Shown: positions 1 through 12,756, counted from the stretch's first letter. The stretch is DNA of 64,000 nt from an uncultured Candidatus Berkelbacteria bacterium (GCA_903839975.1 CAIMEH010000013.1:15999-79998), one strand, 5' to 3'. The notes: a model not told the origin generated them from the letters alone. Program-made: numbers and translations.

Positions 1-1
1 A

Positions 2-967
2 GGAGTCGCTAAGGCCTCTGAGACAGGTCACGGTACTAACATTATTTCCGGCCTTGCTCTGTCGATGCGCTCAACTGCCTTGCCAGCCTTAGTTATTGCC
101 GTTGCTGTGATGGCCGCATTCAAAATTGCTGGCCTATATGGCATTTCTGTGGCCGCTTTCTCGATGTTGTCGCTAGCTGGCATGATTGTAGCCGTCGACG
201 CTTTTGGTCCAATTACCGACAACGCCGGTGGCATCGCCCAGATGGCCGGACTACCAAAAGATGTTCGAATAATTACTGACGAGCTTGATGCTGTCGGCAA
301 CACCACCAAAGCCGTTACCAAGGGTTACGCTATCGCTTCGGCGGGCTTGGCTGCTTTGGTACTTTTCGACTCCTACACCAGAGAAATACTGGCTCGGGGA
401 CATGTTGTAAGTTATAGCCTGTCCGATCCATATGTTATCGTCGGTCTGTTTATTGGCGGTATGCTGCCTTACATCTTTGCCGCCTTGTCGATGGAAGCAG
501 TTGGCCGTGCGGCCGGCGCTATCGTCGAGGAGGTTCGCAAGCAGTTCCGTGAGCGCCGCGGGATCTTAGAGGGCAAAGTTAAGCCAGATTATGCTCGAGC
601 AGTTTCAATAGTAACCAAAGCCGCCTTAAAAGAGATGATATTCCCGGCGATTGTTCCTGTCGTGGCTCCGATAATTGTTGGTTTCATTCTAGGTCCAGCT
701 GCTCTTGGTGGGATGCTAATCGGTTCAATCGTTACCGGACTATTCCTGGCTCTCTCGATGACTACTGGTGGTGCCGCCTGGGATAACGCCAAAAAGCATA
801 TCGAAGAAGGTAACCATGGTGGCAAGGGCAGTGACGCTCACCACGCCGCTGTTACTGGTGATACTGTCGGCGATCCTTACAAAGATACCGCTGGCCCAGC
901 CATCAACCCAATGATCAAGATTGTGAACATCGTTGCCATACTAATCATTCCTCTGATCGCCAAATAA
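2..967 (+). CDS. hppA: Membrane H+-translocating pyrophosphatase, C-terminal part (5' end outside window)
   Basis: Motifs [26 protein letters not shown] and [14 protein letters not shown]. The frame is open back to base 2. Lys in GNTTK is the K+-independent type. Confidence 0.95.
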   Translation, partial: GVAKASETGHGTNIISGLALSMRSTALPALVIAVAVMAAFKIAGLYGISVAAFSMLSLAGMIVAVDAFGPITDNAGGIAQMAGLPKDVRIITDELDAVGNTTKAVTKGYAIASAGLAALVLFDSYTREILARGHVVSYSLSDPYVIVGLFIGGMLPYIFAALSMEAVGRAAGAIVEEVRKQFRERRGILEGKVKPDYARAVSIVTKAALKEMIFPAIVPVVAPIIVGFILGPAALGGMLIGSIVTGLFLALSMTTGGAAWDNAKKHIEEGNHGGKGSDAHHAAVTGDTVGDPYKDTAGPAINPMIKIVNIVAILIIPLIAK

Positions 968-974
968 CAAAAAT

Positions 975-1193
975 ATGGAACACAAAAATCTCTCCTGGAT
1001 CGTCGAGAAATTTGAGAACGGCTCGGTCGTTCTCAAAGCCGACGGCGAGAGATTGCGTGTGCCACGAACTCAGATACCTAAAGGCATAAAAGAAGGTGAT
1101 ATCGTTACTGCCGAATTCTACCTGTTAAAAGACGAAAAAAAGCGCAAAGATAACCTCGCCAGGGCTATTCTTGAAGAAATCCTGAACACGTAG
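975..1193 (+). CDS. DUF3006-like small protein
   Basis: 72-aa ORF with pattern IVEKFE..VVL...IPKGIKEGD. Confidence 0.6.
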   Translation: MEHKNLSWIVEKFENGSVVLKADGERLRVPRTQIPKGIKEGDIVTAEFYLLKDEKKRKDNLARAILEEILNT

Positions 1194-1209
1194 TAGTCTT
1201 AGCGCATAG

Positions 1210-3048
1210 ATGAGTGAAAAGAAGACGAAGAAGTTAACCTTCGCCAAGTTTTTAGATATTTTCAAGAAACAATCTTCCTGGAAGAAGTGGATTTTTGGCT
1301 CGCTCGCAGTAGTTGCCGTTATCGGCTTAGCCTACTTAACTTTTTCCCTGATTTATATCGGTAAAACTTACCCACGTTTAACAGTCGGTGGCGTAAAAGT
1401 TAGTGGGTTAAAGCAAGCCCAGGTTAAAAGTCTATTAGATGAACAGGCTAAAATAAACCAAGGTACGCCGCTAACACTCGTCTTCCAAGACAAAACTTCA
1501 ACCTTAAAACCAGAAGATATTAGCTGGCAGCTCGATACCGATGCAACGGCAACAAGTGCCGTTAATATCGGTCGCCAGAATGGTTTTTGGCGTAGCCTTT
1601 GGGCTCAGCTAAAATCACCTTTCGTAGTTACGGAAGTGCCGATGGCGATTACTTATAATTCTGATTCTTTAGCTAATAAACTTTCGGCTATCACTGGGCC
1701 AATTAACAAGCCGGCCACTAACGCTCAAGGGCAGTTTGCTGGCGGCAAGCTAACACTTACAGCAGAGAAGTCTGGCCAGGTAATCGATACCGATACAGTT
1801 TCCGCTCAAATTCTCTCGGCCTGGAGCCACTTTCAAACTATAAGCATTGCCATGCAGATGACTACGGATTTGCCGACGATTGTATTAGGCGACCAAGCTG
1901 CTCTTACCGCGCAGGCAAACAGTCTGGCGGCCACAAAATTAACCTTAAAGTGGCCAGCTGGCCAGGCAACGCTTTCTAAGACGGATGTCGAGCAGATGGT
2001 AGATTTTACCGCTGGTGATGCAAATACTGATGGCACCAAAACGCTAACGGCCCAGTTCACAGCCGATAAGATTCACCAGTTCCTACTAACTTATGCCACT
2101 ACAAATATCGATAAACCAGCGGTCGAACCGAAGCTGGCGATGGTTAATAACGTTCTAACCGTAACGACGCCAGCGGTTGGTGGCACGATTACTGATCTTG
2201 AATCTTCAACGCCGATAATTTTAGCCGAGCTTCGGTCGACTGACACAGCCAAGGTAGCGACTCTAACAATGAAGAGCCAAGATCCAACCATCAATCAGAA
2301 TAATCTGGCCTCGCTAGGCATTACTAGTTTAATCGGTGAAGGTATCACCAGCTTCGCTGGCTCACCGGCCAACCGAATAGTAAATATTAATCGAGGAGTA
2401 ACATTATTAAATAGTATTCTTGTTAAGCCAGGAACGGAGTTCTCTACACTGGATAATCTTGGCGAGATTGATGCCGCCAACGGTTTCGGCCAGGGCTTGG
2501 TGATAAAAGATAATCGAACTGTACCGGATTATGGCGGTGGGCTCTGCCAGGTTTCAACTACCCTTTTTCGCGCCGCCTTGGCTTCTGGGTTAAAGATTAC
2601 CGAGCGCCAGAATCATGCTTACAGAGTTAGCTACTACGAGCCGCCAGTTGGTTTGGATGCCACTATCTTTGATCCAGCTCCAGATTTTAAGTTCCTAAAC
2701 GACACCCCTGGCTATATTCTGGTTCAGGGAAAAGTTGTCGGCAATAAAGTAACTTTTGATTTCTACGGTACTAGTGACGGCAGAACTTCGGTTGTCTCGA
2801 CACCACAGATTCTAAGCACCACACCGGCCGGTGATCCGATTTATACCAATACCGATACGCTTAACATTGGGACCACTCAACAAATTGAAAAGGCCCATGA
2901 CGGTGCTCTGGCATCTGCGACTTACACAGTTACTCGTAACGGTGTGGTAATTAACCAACAGACGTTTAAGTCGAAATATAAACCTTGGCCGGCTCAGTAT
3001 TTAGTTGGCACCCACGACCCAGCTACTGGCCCAGCACCTACGCAGTAG
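1210..3048 (+). CDS. VanW-family protein with N-terminal TM anchor and peptidoglycan-binding repeats
   Basis: GGGLCQVSTTLFRAAL, ERQNHAY and GLDATIF VanW motifs; N-terminal TM helix. Confidence 0.9.
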   Translation: MSEKKTKKLTFAKFLDIFKKQSSWKKWIFGSLAVVAVIGLAYLTFSLIYIGKTYPRLTVGGVKVSGLKQAQVKSLLDEQAKINQGTPLTLVFQDKTSTLKPEDISWQLDTDATATSAVNIGRQNGFWRSLWAQLKSPFVVTEVPMAITYNSDSLANKLSAITGPINKPATNAQGQFAGGKLTLTAEKSGQVIDTDTVSAQILSAWSHFQTISIAMQMTTDLPTIVLGDQAALTAQANSLAATKLTLKWPAGQATLSKTDVEQMVDFTAGDANTDGTKTLTAQFTADKIHQFLLTYATTNIDKPAVEPKLAMVNNVLTVTTPAVGGTITDLESSTPIILAELRSTDTAKVATLTMKSQDPTINQNNLASLGITSLIGEGITSFAGSPANRIVNINRGVTLLNSILVKPGTEFSTLDNLGEIDAANGFGQGLVIKDNRTVPDYGGGLCQVSTTLFRAALASGLKITERQNHAYRVSYYEPPVGLDATIFDPAPDFKFLNDTPGYILVQGKVVGNKVTFDFYGTSDGRTSVVSTPQILSTTPAGDPIYTNTDTLNIGTTQQIEKAHDGALASATYTVTRNGVVINQQTFKSKYKPWPAQYLVGTHDPATGPAPTQ

Positions 3049-4714
3049 TTTTTCGGTGGTGAGCTACGGCTCGACCGAGCGGTAACGGAATCAGGATATT
3101 TTTGTGCTCGTTTTGGGCGATAGCCGATTTGATAAAACCATCAAATAACGGATGAGGTTGGTTCGGGCGGCTCTTAAACTCTGGGTGAAACTGGCAGGCC
3201 ACAAAATACGGATGGTCTTTCAGCTCGATAATCTCTACAAGATTTAACTCTGGGTTCACGCCGGAGATTACGAAATTTTCATCGTTCTCAAATTGCTTTC
3301 GGAAATCATTATTAAACTCGTAGCGATGGCGATGTCGTTCCAGAATATGATCCTTGCCATAAAGCTGAAAAGTTTTCGTTTTGTGAATTATCTTGCAGGC
3401 AAAATTTCCCAGTCTCATCGAGCCGCCGTAGTGGCTAGTCTGCATTTTTTTAATCTGGTCGGGCATTAGGTCGATAACTGGGCTGCCATTCTCGGCAAAT
3501 TCGGTTGAGCTGGCATCTTTTATTCCCAGAACATTACGGCCGTATTCGATACAGGATAGTTGCATACCTAGGCACAAACCAAGTAGCGGAATTCGATGTT
3601 CGCGGGCAAACTTGATAGCGGTGATAATACCTTCAATTCCACGATTGCCAAATCCACCAGGCACACAGATGCCGTCGTAACCCCGAAGCTTTTCTGGGCC
3701 TTCTTGCTCAATCATCTCGCTATCCACCATCTGAATATTAACCTTATACGGCGTCTGCCAGCCGGAAGATTTTAGGGCCTCAATAACAGAGAAATAAGTG
3801 TCGCTCATGGTCATATATTTGCCGACCATGGCGATGGTAATCTCCTTGGTTCGGTTTCGGCGAATGCGGGAAACCAGCAACTTCCAGTCTTTGCCGTTGT
3901 GGTGTTTCATCTTCAGGCCGAATTTTTTCAGAACTAAGGTATCCACTTTGTATTTGCCCAAAGTCAGTGGCACGGCGTAGACGGTATCAGCCGTTTCTAG
4001 CGGAATAACTGCTTCTTCTTTTAGTCCTGAGAAAAGAGCAATTTTGCGCAGATGCTCTTTATATACCGGATAATCTGAGCGGCAGAAGATAATACTTGGG
4101 TGGATTCCTCTCGATTGCAGATCGTGAATAGAGTTCTGAATTGGTTTAGTTTTAATCTCGTGCGAAGCCTCAAGATACGGCAAGTAGCCAACTTGAACAA
4201 ACATCACGTTCTCCGGCTGCTCCATCGCTACCTGACGAGCCGCCTCCACAAAGTGAGTGCTCTCGATATCGCCGATGGTGCCGCCTATCTCGGTAATTAG
4301 TATCTGGGCTTTGTTTTTTTCAGCCGCTTGGAAAAGTCGTTGCTTAACCTCATTGGTAACATGTGGGATAACCTGAACGGTTTTGCCTAAGTATTTTCCC
4401 TGACGTTCTTTCTCTATAACTGCCCCGTAGATCGAGCCGCTCATCACCGAGGACTCGCGCGACATCTCTTCGTTTAAAAATCTTTCATAATGGCCCAAGT
4501 CCAGATCGGTTTCGGCGCCGTCGGCAGTAACAAAACACTCGCCGTGTTCGGCGGGGTTCAAAGTGCCGGCATCAGTATTTAAGTAGGGGTCAAACTTTTG
4601 GAGGAAAACGCGATAGCCCCGATTCTTCAGGAGGTTTCCAAGCGAGGCGGCCACAATCCCCTTGCCGACCCCAGATAAAACACCTCCAGTCACAAAGACA
4701 AACTTTGTTGACAT
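3038..4714 (-). CDS. pyrG: CTP synthase
   Basis: TKFVFVTGGVLSGVGKG, GLCLGMQ, ERHRHRYE, QFHPEF. Confidence 0.98.
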   Translation of the reverse strand: MSTKFVFVTGGVLSGVGKGIVAASLGNLLKNRGYRVFLQKFDPYLNTDAGTLNPAEHGECFVTADGAETDLDLGHYERFLNEEMSRESSVMSGSIYGAVIEKERQGKYLGKTVQVIPHVTNEVKQRLFQAAEKNKAQILITEIGGTIGDIESTHFVEAARQVAMEQPENVMFVQVGYLPYLEASHEIKTKPIQNSIHDLQSRGIHPSIIFCRSDYPVYKEHLRKIALFSGLKEEAVIPLETADTVYAVPLTLGKYKVDTLVLKKFGLKMKHHNGKDWKLLVSRIRRNRTKEITIAMVGKYMTMSDTYFSVIEALKSSGWQTPYKVNIQMVDSEMIEQEGPEKLRGYDGICVPGGFGNRGIEGIITAIKFAREHRIPLLGLCLGMQLSCIEYGRNVLGIKDASSTEFAENGSPVIDLMPDQIKKMQTSHYGGSMRLGNFACKIIHKTKTFQLYGKDHILERHRHRYEFNNDFRKQFENDENFVISGVNPELNLVEIIELKDHPYFVACQFHPEFKSRPNQPHPLFDGFIKSAIAQNEHKNILIPLPLGRAVAHHRKTTA

Positions 4715-4775
4715 CTAGCCCACCCTACGGGCGAACCGTCAAAGTGTCAAGGACACCAATTTACTGCTTAAACCC

Positions 4776-4804
4776 TTGACTTTTCAGGTTAAATATGCTA
4801 AGCT
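4776..4804 (+). promoter_or_regulatory. Sigma70-type promoter (TTGACT-17-TAAGCT, extended TG)
   Basis: Near-consensus -35 and -10 with 17-nt spacing upstream of ORF 4840; closely resembles the promoter at 32550. Confidence 0.6.
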
Positions 4805-4839
4805 GGCCATAATATCTTGTTCCTTAAGGGGGCCGAAAA

Positions 4840-5430
4840 TTGGACAAACTCGAGTTTGGAAGGGTTAAGCCTTTCTATTTTAGATTTAAAGAAGACTTCC
4901 TAAAGGAAGTCACGACCGAACAGGAAAAAACCTGTTTGTTTATGTTCTTCACGGACGAGAATGCTCTGGTCAGGACGGTGCCGCCTTCACCGGCGGAGGA
5001 GATTGGTATCATCAGTCGAATTCATAAAGAGTTCGAGAAGATGAGGCAATTCGGGTCAAAGCATTTTCCGAGAGAAGAGTGCACGTACGAGGCAACCGAG
5101 CGCACCTATCAAAGTGCTCTCAAGAAGCTTCGTGACCGATGCGCTCTGTATCATGAAGAGGTGCACGACTGTCGGCACGAGCCGCTTGCAGTTATTCCGC
5201 TTGATTGGTGGGTAATTAAGCTGCTTAAGGCGACTTGCTACGACTCAACCGTCCGGATCGCCAGAGCGACTGACCGACAGCTGCTTTCGATTAGGGGTAT
5301 CGGACCAGTGACTCTAAAGCAGATTCGGGTTTTTATTCCGTTTGATCCGGAAGCTGGCAAGGTCGCACGCGACAGGCGCAGCCGAATCAATGCCCAGATC
5401 CGAGCCGGCCAAAAAGGTCTCGGAATCTGA
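4840..5430 (+). CDS. Hypothetical protein with C-terminal RNA polymerase alpha-CTD-like helix-hairpin-helix
   Basis: 196-aa ORF with its own promoter and terminator; ATDRQLLSIRGIGPVTLKQI resembles the alpha-CTD/HhH motif. Confidence 0.6.
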   Translation: MDKLEFGRVKPFYFRFKEDFLKEVTTEQEKTCLFMFFTDENALVRTVPPSPAEEIGIISRIHKEFEKMRQFGSKHFPREECTYEATERTYQSALKKLRDRCALYHEEVHDCRHEPLAVIPLDWWVIKLLKATCYDSTVRIARATDRQLLSIRGIGPVTLKQIRVFIPFDPEAGKVARDRRSRINAQIRAGQKGLGI

Positions 5431-5440
5431 CCGACACCAT

Positions 5441-5480
5441 GCCGCCATACGTCAAAACTGACGTATGGCGGCTTTTCTTT
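5441..5480 (+). terminator. Intrinsic terminator
   Basis: Perfect 14-bp stem GCCGCCATACGTCA-aaac-TGACGTATGGCGGC followed by a T-rich tract. Confidence 0.75.
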
Positions 5481-5507
5481 TTCCTTCAAAAAAAGTACGT
5501 TCAAGAT

Positions 5508-6860
5508 ATGAACGAGAAAATTTTTAAAGCTTACGACATCCGCGGGACTTATCCAGACCAGGTTAACGAAGATTCGTTTAAGAGAATTGCTCAGGCCTTC
5601 GCCATGTATATTCAACCAAAAACCGTTGCCGTTGGTCGCGACGTTCGCGTTTCCGGGCCAAGTTTGCAAAAAGCCGTTATCGAGGGACTAATTTCAATGG
5701 GCGTAAATGTCATCGACATCGGAGTCGTACCAACGGAGATGATGTACTTTGCGGTAGGCTTGCTTGGTTTGGATGGCGGTATCCAGGTTTCGGCCAGTCA
5801 CAATCCAGCTGAGTATAACGGCCTCAAGATGGTCAAAAAAGGCGTCGAGGCTATCTCAACTGATACCGGTTTATTGCAGATAAAAGAAATGGCTCTTAGC
5901 GGTCAGGAATTTTCTGCTGAAACAAAAGGTGAAGTTAGGCAGAAAGATTTAACCGACGAGTACCTAGATTACATCGCCAAGCTAGTTAATTTAAAAGATT
6001 TGCCACAACTCAAGATTGTCGCCAACGGCAACTTTGGCATGAGTGGCGTTATGGCAAAGAAGTTAATCGAGAAAATGGAGTTGCCAATCGAACTAGTTGA
6101 ACTTAACTTCGAACCAGATGGAACATTTCCAAAAGGCCGCCCCGATCCTTTAATACCAGAGAATAGGGCTGAAACTAGCGCACAAGTCAAAGAAAACGGC
6201 GCAAATATGGGAGTAGCTTGGGACGCGGATGGCGATCGTTGCTACATCGCCGACGAAAGTGGTACGTTTATAGAAGGCTGCCACATGACGGCCTTGCTCG
6301 CTGTACACTTACTCGAGAAAAATCCTAAACAAAAGATTCTCTACGACCCACGAAATATCTATGCTACTCGTGATTCAATTACCGCTACTGGCGGAATCCC
6401 GATCGAAACCAAAACTGGCCACACTTTTATCAAAAACCGCATGCGTAGCGAACAGGCACTCTTTGCCGGCGAGATGAGCGGTCACTACTACTACCGCGAT
6501 TTCTATAACGCGGATAACGGCTTGCTAACATTTCTTTATTTCCTCGAGTTAATAGCCCAGAAGAAACAAAAAGTTTCAGAAATAGCAGCCCCGCTTAGAG
6601 AAAAATACTTCGTCTCCGGTGAGATTAATTTCAAGGTTAAAGATGCCCAGACGGCGATAGAAGCTATAAAAAAAGAATATCCCGACGGCAAGATCGACAC
6701 GACCGACGGCATCTCAATCGATTTTAACAGCTGGCGATTTAATCTGCGTTCCAGTAATACCGAACCGTTACTCCGATTGAATGTAGAATCAACCGACAAA
6801 AATATCTGCGAGCAGAAAACCGCCGAGCTTCGGTCGCTGATTGAAGATCACAAAGTTTAA
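5508..6860 (+). CDS. Phosphomannomutase/phosphoglucomutase
   Basis: IFKAYDIRG, SASHNP, DADGDR, GEMSGH; start placed at ATG 5508, after the terminator. Confidence 0.95.
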   Translation: MNEKIFKAYDIRGTYPDQVNEDSFKRIAQAFAMYIQPKTVAVGRDVRVSGPSLQKAVIEGLISMGVNVIDIGVVPTEMMYFAVGLLGLDGGIQVSASHNPAEYNGLKMVKKGVEAISTDTGLLQIKEMALSGQEFSAETKGEVRQKDLTDEYLDYIAKLVNLKDLPQLKIVANGNFGMSGVMAKKLIEKMELPIELVELNFEPDGTFPKGRPDPLIPENRAETSAQVKENGANMGVAWDADGDRCYIADESGTFIEGCHMTALLAVHLLEKNPKQKILYDPRNIYATRDSITATGGIPIETKTGHTFIKNRMRSEQALFAGEMSGHYYYRDFYNADNGLLTFLYFLELIAQKKQKVSEIAAPLREKYFVSGEINFKVKDAQTAIEAIKKEYPDGKIDTTDGISIDFNSWRFNLRSSNTEPLLRLNVESTDKNICEQKTAELRSLIEDHKV

Positions 6861-7238
6861 GCGCTTCGAGTTCTCCTACCCAAAGCGCTTTTATGTGTTA
6901 GACGACACTGACGTTTTTCCGGATATCGTCAGCGCAGATGTTGCATATTCCATAGACAACATCGATTATCTTCCCCTGTTTCATCTCTGGCACGGATACA
7001 GACCGGCCTTCGGAGAATGCGGCACTACTCACCCTTCGAAATTTCCCTTTCTGCTTACAATAGAAGCAGATCGGTTTGTACTCGATGGGTTTTACGACTA
7101 ATTTTGGGGCAACGACATCGCTTGATTGCGATAGATCACCCAAGGTACGAACTTGAAGCGAGCGCATTTTTAGACCTCCTTGCACTCAGGATGCGAAAAT
7201 TATGCGCCAAAAAAATATGTCAATCAAGGGGTGAAGCT

Positions 7239-8210
7239 CTAAAGTAAACCGAGGGATTCTTTAACCTTTTTCAGGGTTTCTTCGGCAACTGGCTCGGCTT
7301 TTTTCCGACCTTCTTCTGCTATCTTAATTAGCCCTGCCTCGTCCTTACGCAGTGATGCATAAGTTTTTTGAATTGGTTTTAGAAAACGAATAATATCTTC
7401 AATTAGTTGTTCTTTCAGCTCGCTGTAGCGGATAGTCCCCTTCTTGTGCTGCTCTTCGAAATGTTTGACGGTCTCCGGGTCGCTAACGCCTTCAAGGATG
7501 ACAAATAGATTTTTGACGCCCGGGCTCATCTCGCCTGAATTTGGATCGGTGTCGGTAACGGCGCGCTTGATGGTTTGGGTAATTTCTCCTTCGGTGGCTA
7601 ACAAGCCGATCGCTGAGCCTGGAATGCTCTTGCTCATCTTCTTTGATGGGTCGTTTAGGGCCATGATTCGGGCAGCTTTAGTCAGGAGCGGCTTCGGTTC
7701 AACCAGTATATTATCTCCGACAAAGTGATTAACTGAACGGATAATCTCTCGGGAAAGTTCGAGATGCTGAACTTGGTCTTCGCCAACTGGCACCACTTCG
7801 GCGCCGTAAAGGGCAATATCAGCAGCCTGTAAAACTGGATAAGTGAATAAGCCGACGTTCTGGCCGTGACGATCTGATTTCTCCTTAAACTGAGTCATGC
7901 GATTAAGCTGGCCCAAAGAAGTAAAGTTGCCAAAAAGCTGACCGAGCTCGGCGTGGGCGGGAATCTGGGACTGAACGAATAGTGTTGAGGATTTCGGGTC
8001 AATTCCTAAGGCCACCATCATCGCTAACAGGTCAAGCGTCTGGCTGCGCATCTTCTCGGGAGAAGGTTTTATCGAGAGAGTATGCAAATCGGCAATAAAG
8101 AAAAAAGCGTCGTAGTCGTGCTGAAACTCCACCATCTGTTTGACGGCGCCAAGGTAGTTGCCGATATGTAGTTCGCCGGTTGGCTGAATGCCACTAAGTA
8201 GTTTTTCCAT
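7239..8210 (-). CDS. trpS: Tryptophan--tRNA ligase
   Basis: SGIQPTGELHIGNY, VPVGEDQ, KMSKS; start placed at ATG 8210, 7 nt after TAGAAT. Confidence 0.97.
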   Translation of the reverse strand: MEKLLSGIQPTGELHIGNYLGAVKQMVEFQHDYDAFFFIADLHTLSIKPSPEKMRSQTLDLLAMMVALGIDPKSSTLFVQSQIPAHAELGQLFGNFTSLGQLNRMTQFKEKSDRHGQNVGLFTYPVLQAADIALYGAEVVPVGEDQVQHLELSREIIRSVNHFVGDNILVEPKPLLTKAARIMALNDPSKKMSKSIPGSAIGLLATEGEITQTIKRAVTDTDPNSGEMSPGVKNLFVILEGVSDPETVKHFEEQHKKGTIRYSELKEQLIEDIIRFLKPIQKTYASLRKDEAGLIKIAEEGRKKAEPVAEETLKKVKESLGLL

Positions 8211-8330
8211 CCCTTCTATTCTAGCCATTACCTGTCTTTCTGAACAGCCACATTCTACTTGTTGAAATCGTTATAAAAAGTACTAAGCTTAAATTAAGAT
8301 TTTAAATTGAACTATTTAGAGAGGGGAAGG

Positions 8331-9671
8331 ATGATCACAAAGCGTATTGCAGTTCTCTGGTCGGTGGCGATGCTTATTATAGGTTTAGTGGCTGGTTTTT
8401 TGCTTTACTCCCCAGTATCTGATTCGACTGGGTTGCATGCTGGTGGTCTTGTTGGAGTTGGTGCTTTAGGGACGGTGCTTGGAATAAAATCAAGCGATGG
8501 CACTACCACCTCGCCGACTCAATGGTCCAACACTCAGTGGGGTACTTTTTCTAAATGCGTTGGTACTACAAGATATCTAGGCAAGTCTAGCAGCGATTTA
8601 GCTTCGTGCGTTGCCCAAGTATTAGCTGGCTCACCTTTTGCTGGCAGTATGAGGTTGCAGGTATCGACAATCGGACGAATGCCGGTCGCTGACGTCTTGG
8701 CTTTAACTATCTCAAAAACAGGAATGATTACTGGAACAACGGATGTGTCGAGCACAAATGTCTGCCCAGTGCCATCAACTAGCCTCTACCTATACGGTTG
8801 TAATGGTACAACTCCAGTTGGCGCGACAATTACAGGTTATATCAACCCCGCTGGCCAGATTAATCTCACGATCGGCAAGAGCAATCTAGCTGGGTATGTT
8901 TTCAAGAGCGGTCAAACATCAAAGATTGATACCACCCTATACACTGGCGCTCTGTTGGATGCCGGTGGATTAGCGAGTGTGCCAGGCGTAACTCTTATGC
9001 CAACGGCGCCATTTGTAACTGATGGTGTAGCGGCAGTTAATGTTCCTAACGGAGTTAGCATCTACGAGGTTGATATGTGGGCAAATCTACCTGCAACGAC
9101 AACTACACCTACTCCAACACCAAGTCCAACCGCTGACTGGCAGACATACACAAACACGGAATTTGGTTTTAGCTTTAAATATCCTGCAACAGGAAGCGCT
9201 GTTAGTTTGACTGCAGGCACTCAGCCAAGTGAGCTAAAATTCTTCGGTCCGATTAGCGATGGAGGCACTGCTACGCACTTGCTAAGCATCTATACAACGA
9301 CCCAGACATCGCTTCTTAACTTCATAAATCAATCATTTACCAAGACTGCTGCTCTTGACACTAACACATCTACCCCGGGCCATGCGCACACCAATGTTGA
9401 AACAGTTCTTACTAAACCAATAAACATTACTAGCGCTACCATTGCTGGATTGGCTGCTAAAACATTCGTCTGGACCGACAGTCTTAGCAACCCAACACAG
9501 TGGAACGGTGTGGTTGCTTTCATGAAAGGCTCAACTGTAGTAACTTTCAGCACCACGCCACAGACATCGGCAATTGCTTCTGTCTTGTCAGATGCTGAGC
9601 TAAATAACATTGCCTCGACCTTCGCCTTTACTGCTACCACTCCTGGAGGATCGACTTCGGCTTCTAGATAA
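8331..9671 (+). CDS. Membrane-anchored Thr/Ser-rich surface protein with C-terminal PsbP-like domain
   Basis: N-terminal TM helix, TPTPTPSP linker, then DWQTYTNTEFGFSFKYP, a motif common in CPR extracellular proteins. Confidence 0.7.
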   Translation: MITKRIAVLWSVAMLIIGLVAGFLLYSPVSDSTGLHAGGLVGVGALGTVLGIKSSDGTTTSPTQWSNTQWGTFSKCVGTTRYLGKSSSDLASCVAQVLAGSPFAGSMRLQVSTIGRMPVADVLALTISKTGMITGTTDVSSTNVCPVPSTSLYLYGCNGTTPVGATITGYINPAGQINLTIGKSNLAGYVFKSGQTSKIDTTLYTGALLDAGGLASVPGVTLMPTAPFVTDGVAAVNVPNGVSIYEVDMWANLPATTTTPTPTPSPTADWQTYTNTEFGFSFKYPATGSAVSLTAGTQPSELKFFGPISDGGTATHLLSIYTTTQTSLLNFINQSFTKTAALDTNTSTPGHAHTNVETVLTKPINITSATIAGLAAKTFVWTDSLSNPTQWNGVVAFMKGSTVVTFSTTPQTSAIASVLSDAELNNIASTFAFTATTPGGSTSASR

Positions 9672-9680
9672 CGTTACTTT

Positions 9681-9718
9681 AAACAAAAACACCCCCAGTT
9701 TTGGGGGTGTTTTTGTTT
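9681..9718. terminator. Bidirectional-type intrinsic terminator
   Basis: AAACAAAAACACCCCCA-gttt-TGGGGGTGTTTTTGTTT perfect inverted repeat. Confidence 0.8.
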
Positions 9719-9781
9719 GTGTGAGTGATATTATTAAGGTAACGCAGGTTCGTTCGAACCTAAAAATGGTAGGGTGACAAG

Positions 9782-9982
9782 TTGAGAATGTTAATGACGT
9801 TCATTGGGATCTTGCTGGTCTTTCTTGTTGCTTTAAAGTCGGGATTTGTGCTGGCAGAGTTAGCCGACTCCAGTATGTTCTCGTCCAATCAAGCAATCGA
9901 GATCGGTATAGTATTGTTAGGATTCTTTGCAATTGCTATTGGCAATATTGCAATGTTCAACCTAAAACGACTTAATCGTTGA
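9782..9982 (+). CDS. Small two-TM membrane protein
   Basis: 66-aa ORF with two hydrophobic segments. Confidence 0.5.
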   Translation: MRMLMTFIGILLVFLVALKSGFVLAELADSSMFSSNQAIEIGIVLLGFFAIAIGNIAMFNLKRLNR

Positions 9983-10130
9983 GGTAGATGCCTTCTGCCC
10001 ATGACCCGCCGCCGGCTCCTATGTGATTGCAGCTTCCAGCTGGAGTATGCGTAATCACTAGGCCCGGCGGCATTTACTTCTAAAAAAGAATCCGGCGCCC
10101 ATAGGTGGGCGCCGGTAAATTAGTTCTGCT

Positions 10131-10571
10131 CTAGGCGTGAACAAGTTCACGTTCCTCGACCTCCGCAAACATGTACTCCTTGGCGATGACCGACCTAATT
10201 GGGTCGATAATTCTGTTGAAATAATCGTCCGCTTCCGCTTGAGTAATCGGATTCTTGTCGCCAAGATTCTTAATTCTCTTTTCTAGGCCTTTAAGCTGTT
10301 TCTTCAGGGTTTCGAACAGTCCCGCAGCTTCACCGCTGGCTTTGAGCTGGTTTGAGCTCAGCTCTTCGCCAAAGATGCGCGCCAAGTCGCTTCTGACCTC
10401 GGGTTTCGTCCCGAAGTCCTTAAAGAGATTGATAATCGCCCATATTGCGTCGATTGCTTCCTTGCGTCTGGCTTCGGTTTGCACCTGTCCCTTTGCCGCA
10501 CATGCGAAGAAGCAGCAAATGTTGATAGGGTACTTCAAATTAACGTTACCGTCGTAGTTACCTTTCCTCAT
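10131..10571 (-). CDS. Hypothetical helical protein
   Basis: 146-aa ORF preceded by AAGGAAGG and followed by a GC hairpin at 10092-10115. Confidence 0.65.
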   Translation of the reverse strand: MRKGNYDGNVNLKYPINICCFFACAAKGQVQTEARRKEAIDAIWAIINLFKDFGTKPEVRSDLARIFGEELSSNQLKASGEAAGLFETLKKQLKGLEKRIKNLGDKNPITQAEADDYFNRIIDPIRSVIAKEYMFAEVEERELVHA

Positions 10572-10744
10572 TCTCGTTGCCTTCCTTGCTCTTTCGTCGA
10601 AATATAAAATACAAAATACACTCGCATACTAACTTAAATAGATATAAAAAAACATCATTCGTGTTCTGTGCGACATATTCTTGACTTATGTAAAGCTCGC
10701 TTTACAATACAGATATATAAAAAGCATAAAGGAGGCTAATAAAC

Positions 10745-11083
10745 ATGCATGTAAAACCATTAGCTGATCGAGTTGTGGTCAAAGTCGAAAGCGCGCAGCA
10801 GAAGTTAAAATCTGGCATTATCATTCCTGATACTGCCAAAGAAAAACCACAAGAGGGTGAAGTTATTGCTGTTGGCCCGGGCCGCTTAGACAAAGACGGC
10901 AAGCGCATTGCCGTTGAACTGAAAAAGGGCGATAAAGTTATGTTCGAGAACTGGGGCGGTAAAGATTTTAAATCCGATGGCGCCGATTACAAAATACTAC
11001 GTGAAGACGACATCTTGGGAATCGTCGAAGATGGTACCACGGAGATACTCAAGAAAATGGCTAAAAATATTGGGAGCAAATAA
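10745..11083 (+). CDS. groES: Co-chaperonin GroES
   Basis: KPLADRVVVK, SGIIIPDTAKEKPQEGEVIAVGPG; AAGGAGG SD. Confidence 0.97.
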   Translation: MHVKPLADRVVVKVESAQQKLKSGIIIPDTAKEKPQEGEVIAVGPGRLDKDGKRIAVELKKGDKVMFENWGGKDFKSDGADYKILREDDILGIVEDGTTEILKKMAKNIGSK

Positions 11084-12709
<1,626 letters not shown>

Positions 12710-12731
12710 TCAAATAGAGTATCGGTTTGTG

Positions 12732-12756
12732 AAAAAGGCTCGCCAGAGCCTTTTTT
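12732..12756 (+). terminator. Terminator after groEL
   Basis: AAAAAGGCTC-gcca-GAGCCTTTTTT. Confidence 0.75.

Noticed and set aside
6841..7247. Short overlapping ORFs between PMM and trpS
   Set aside because: No recognisable motif and conflicting frames; may be a decayed gene, but no call can be supported.
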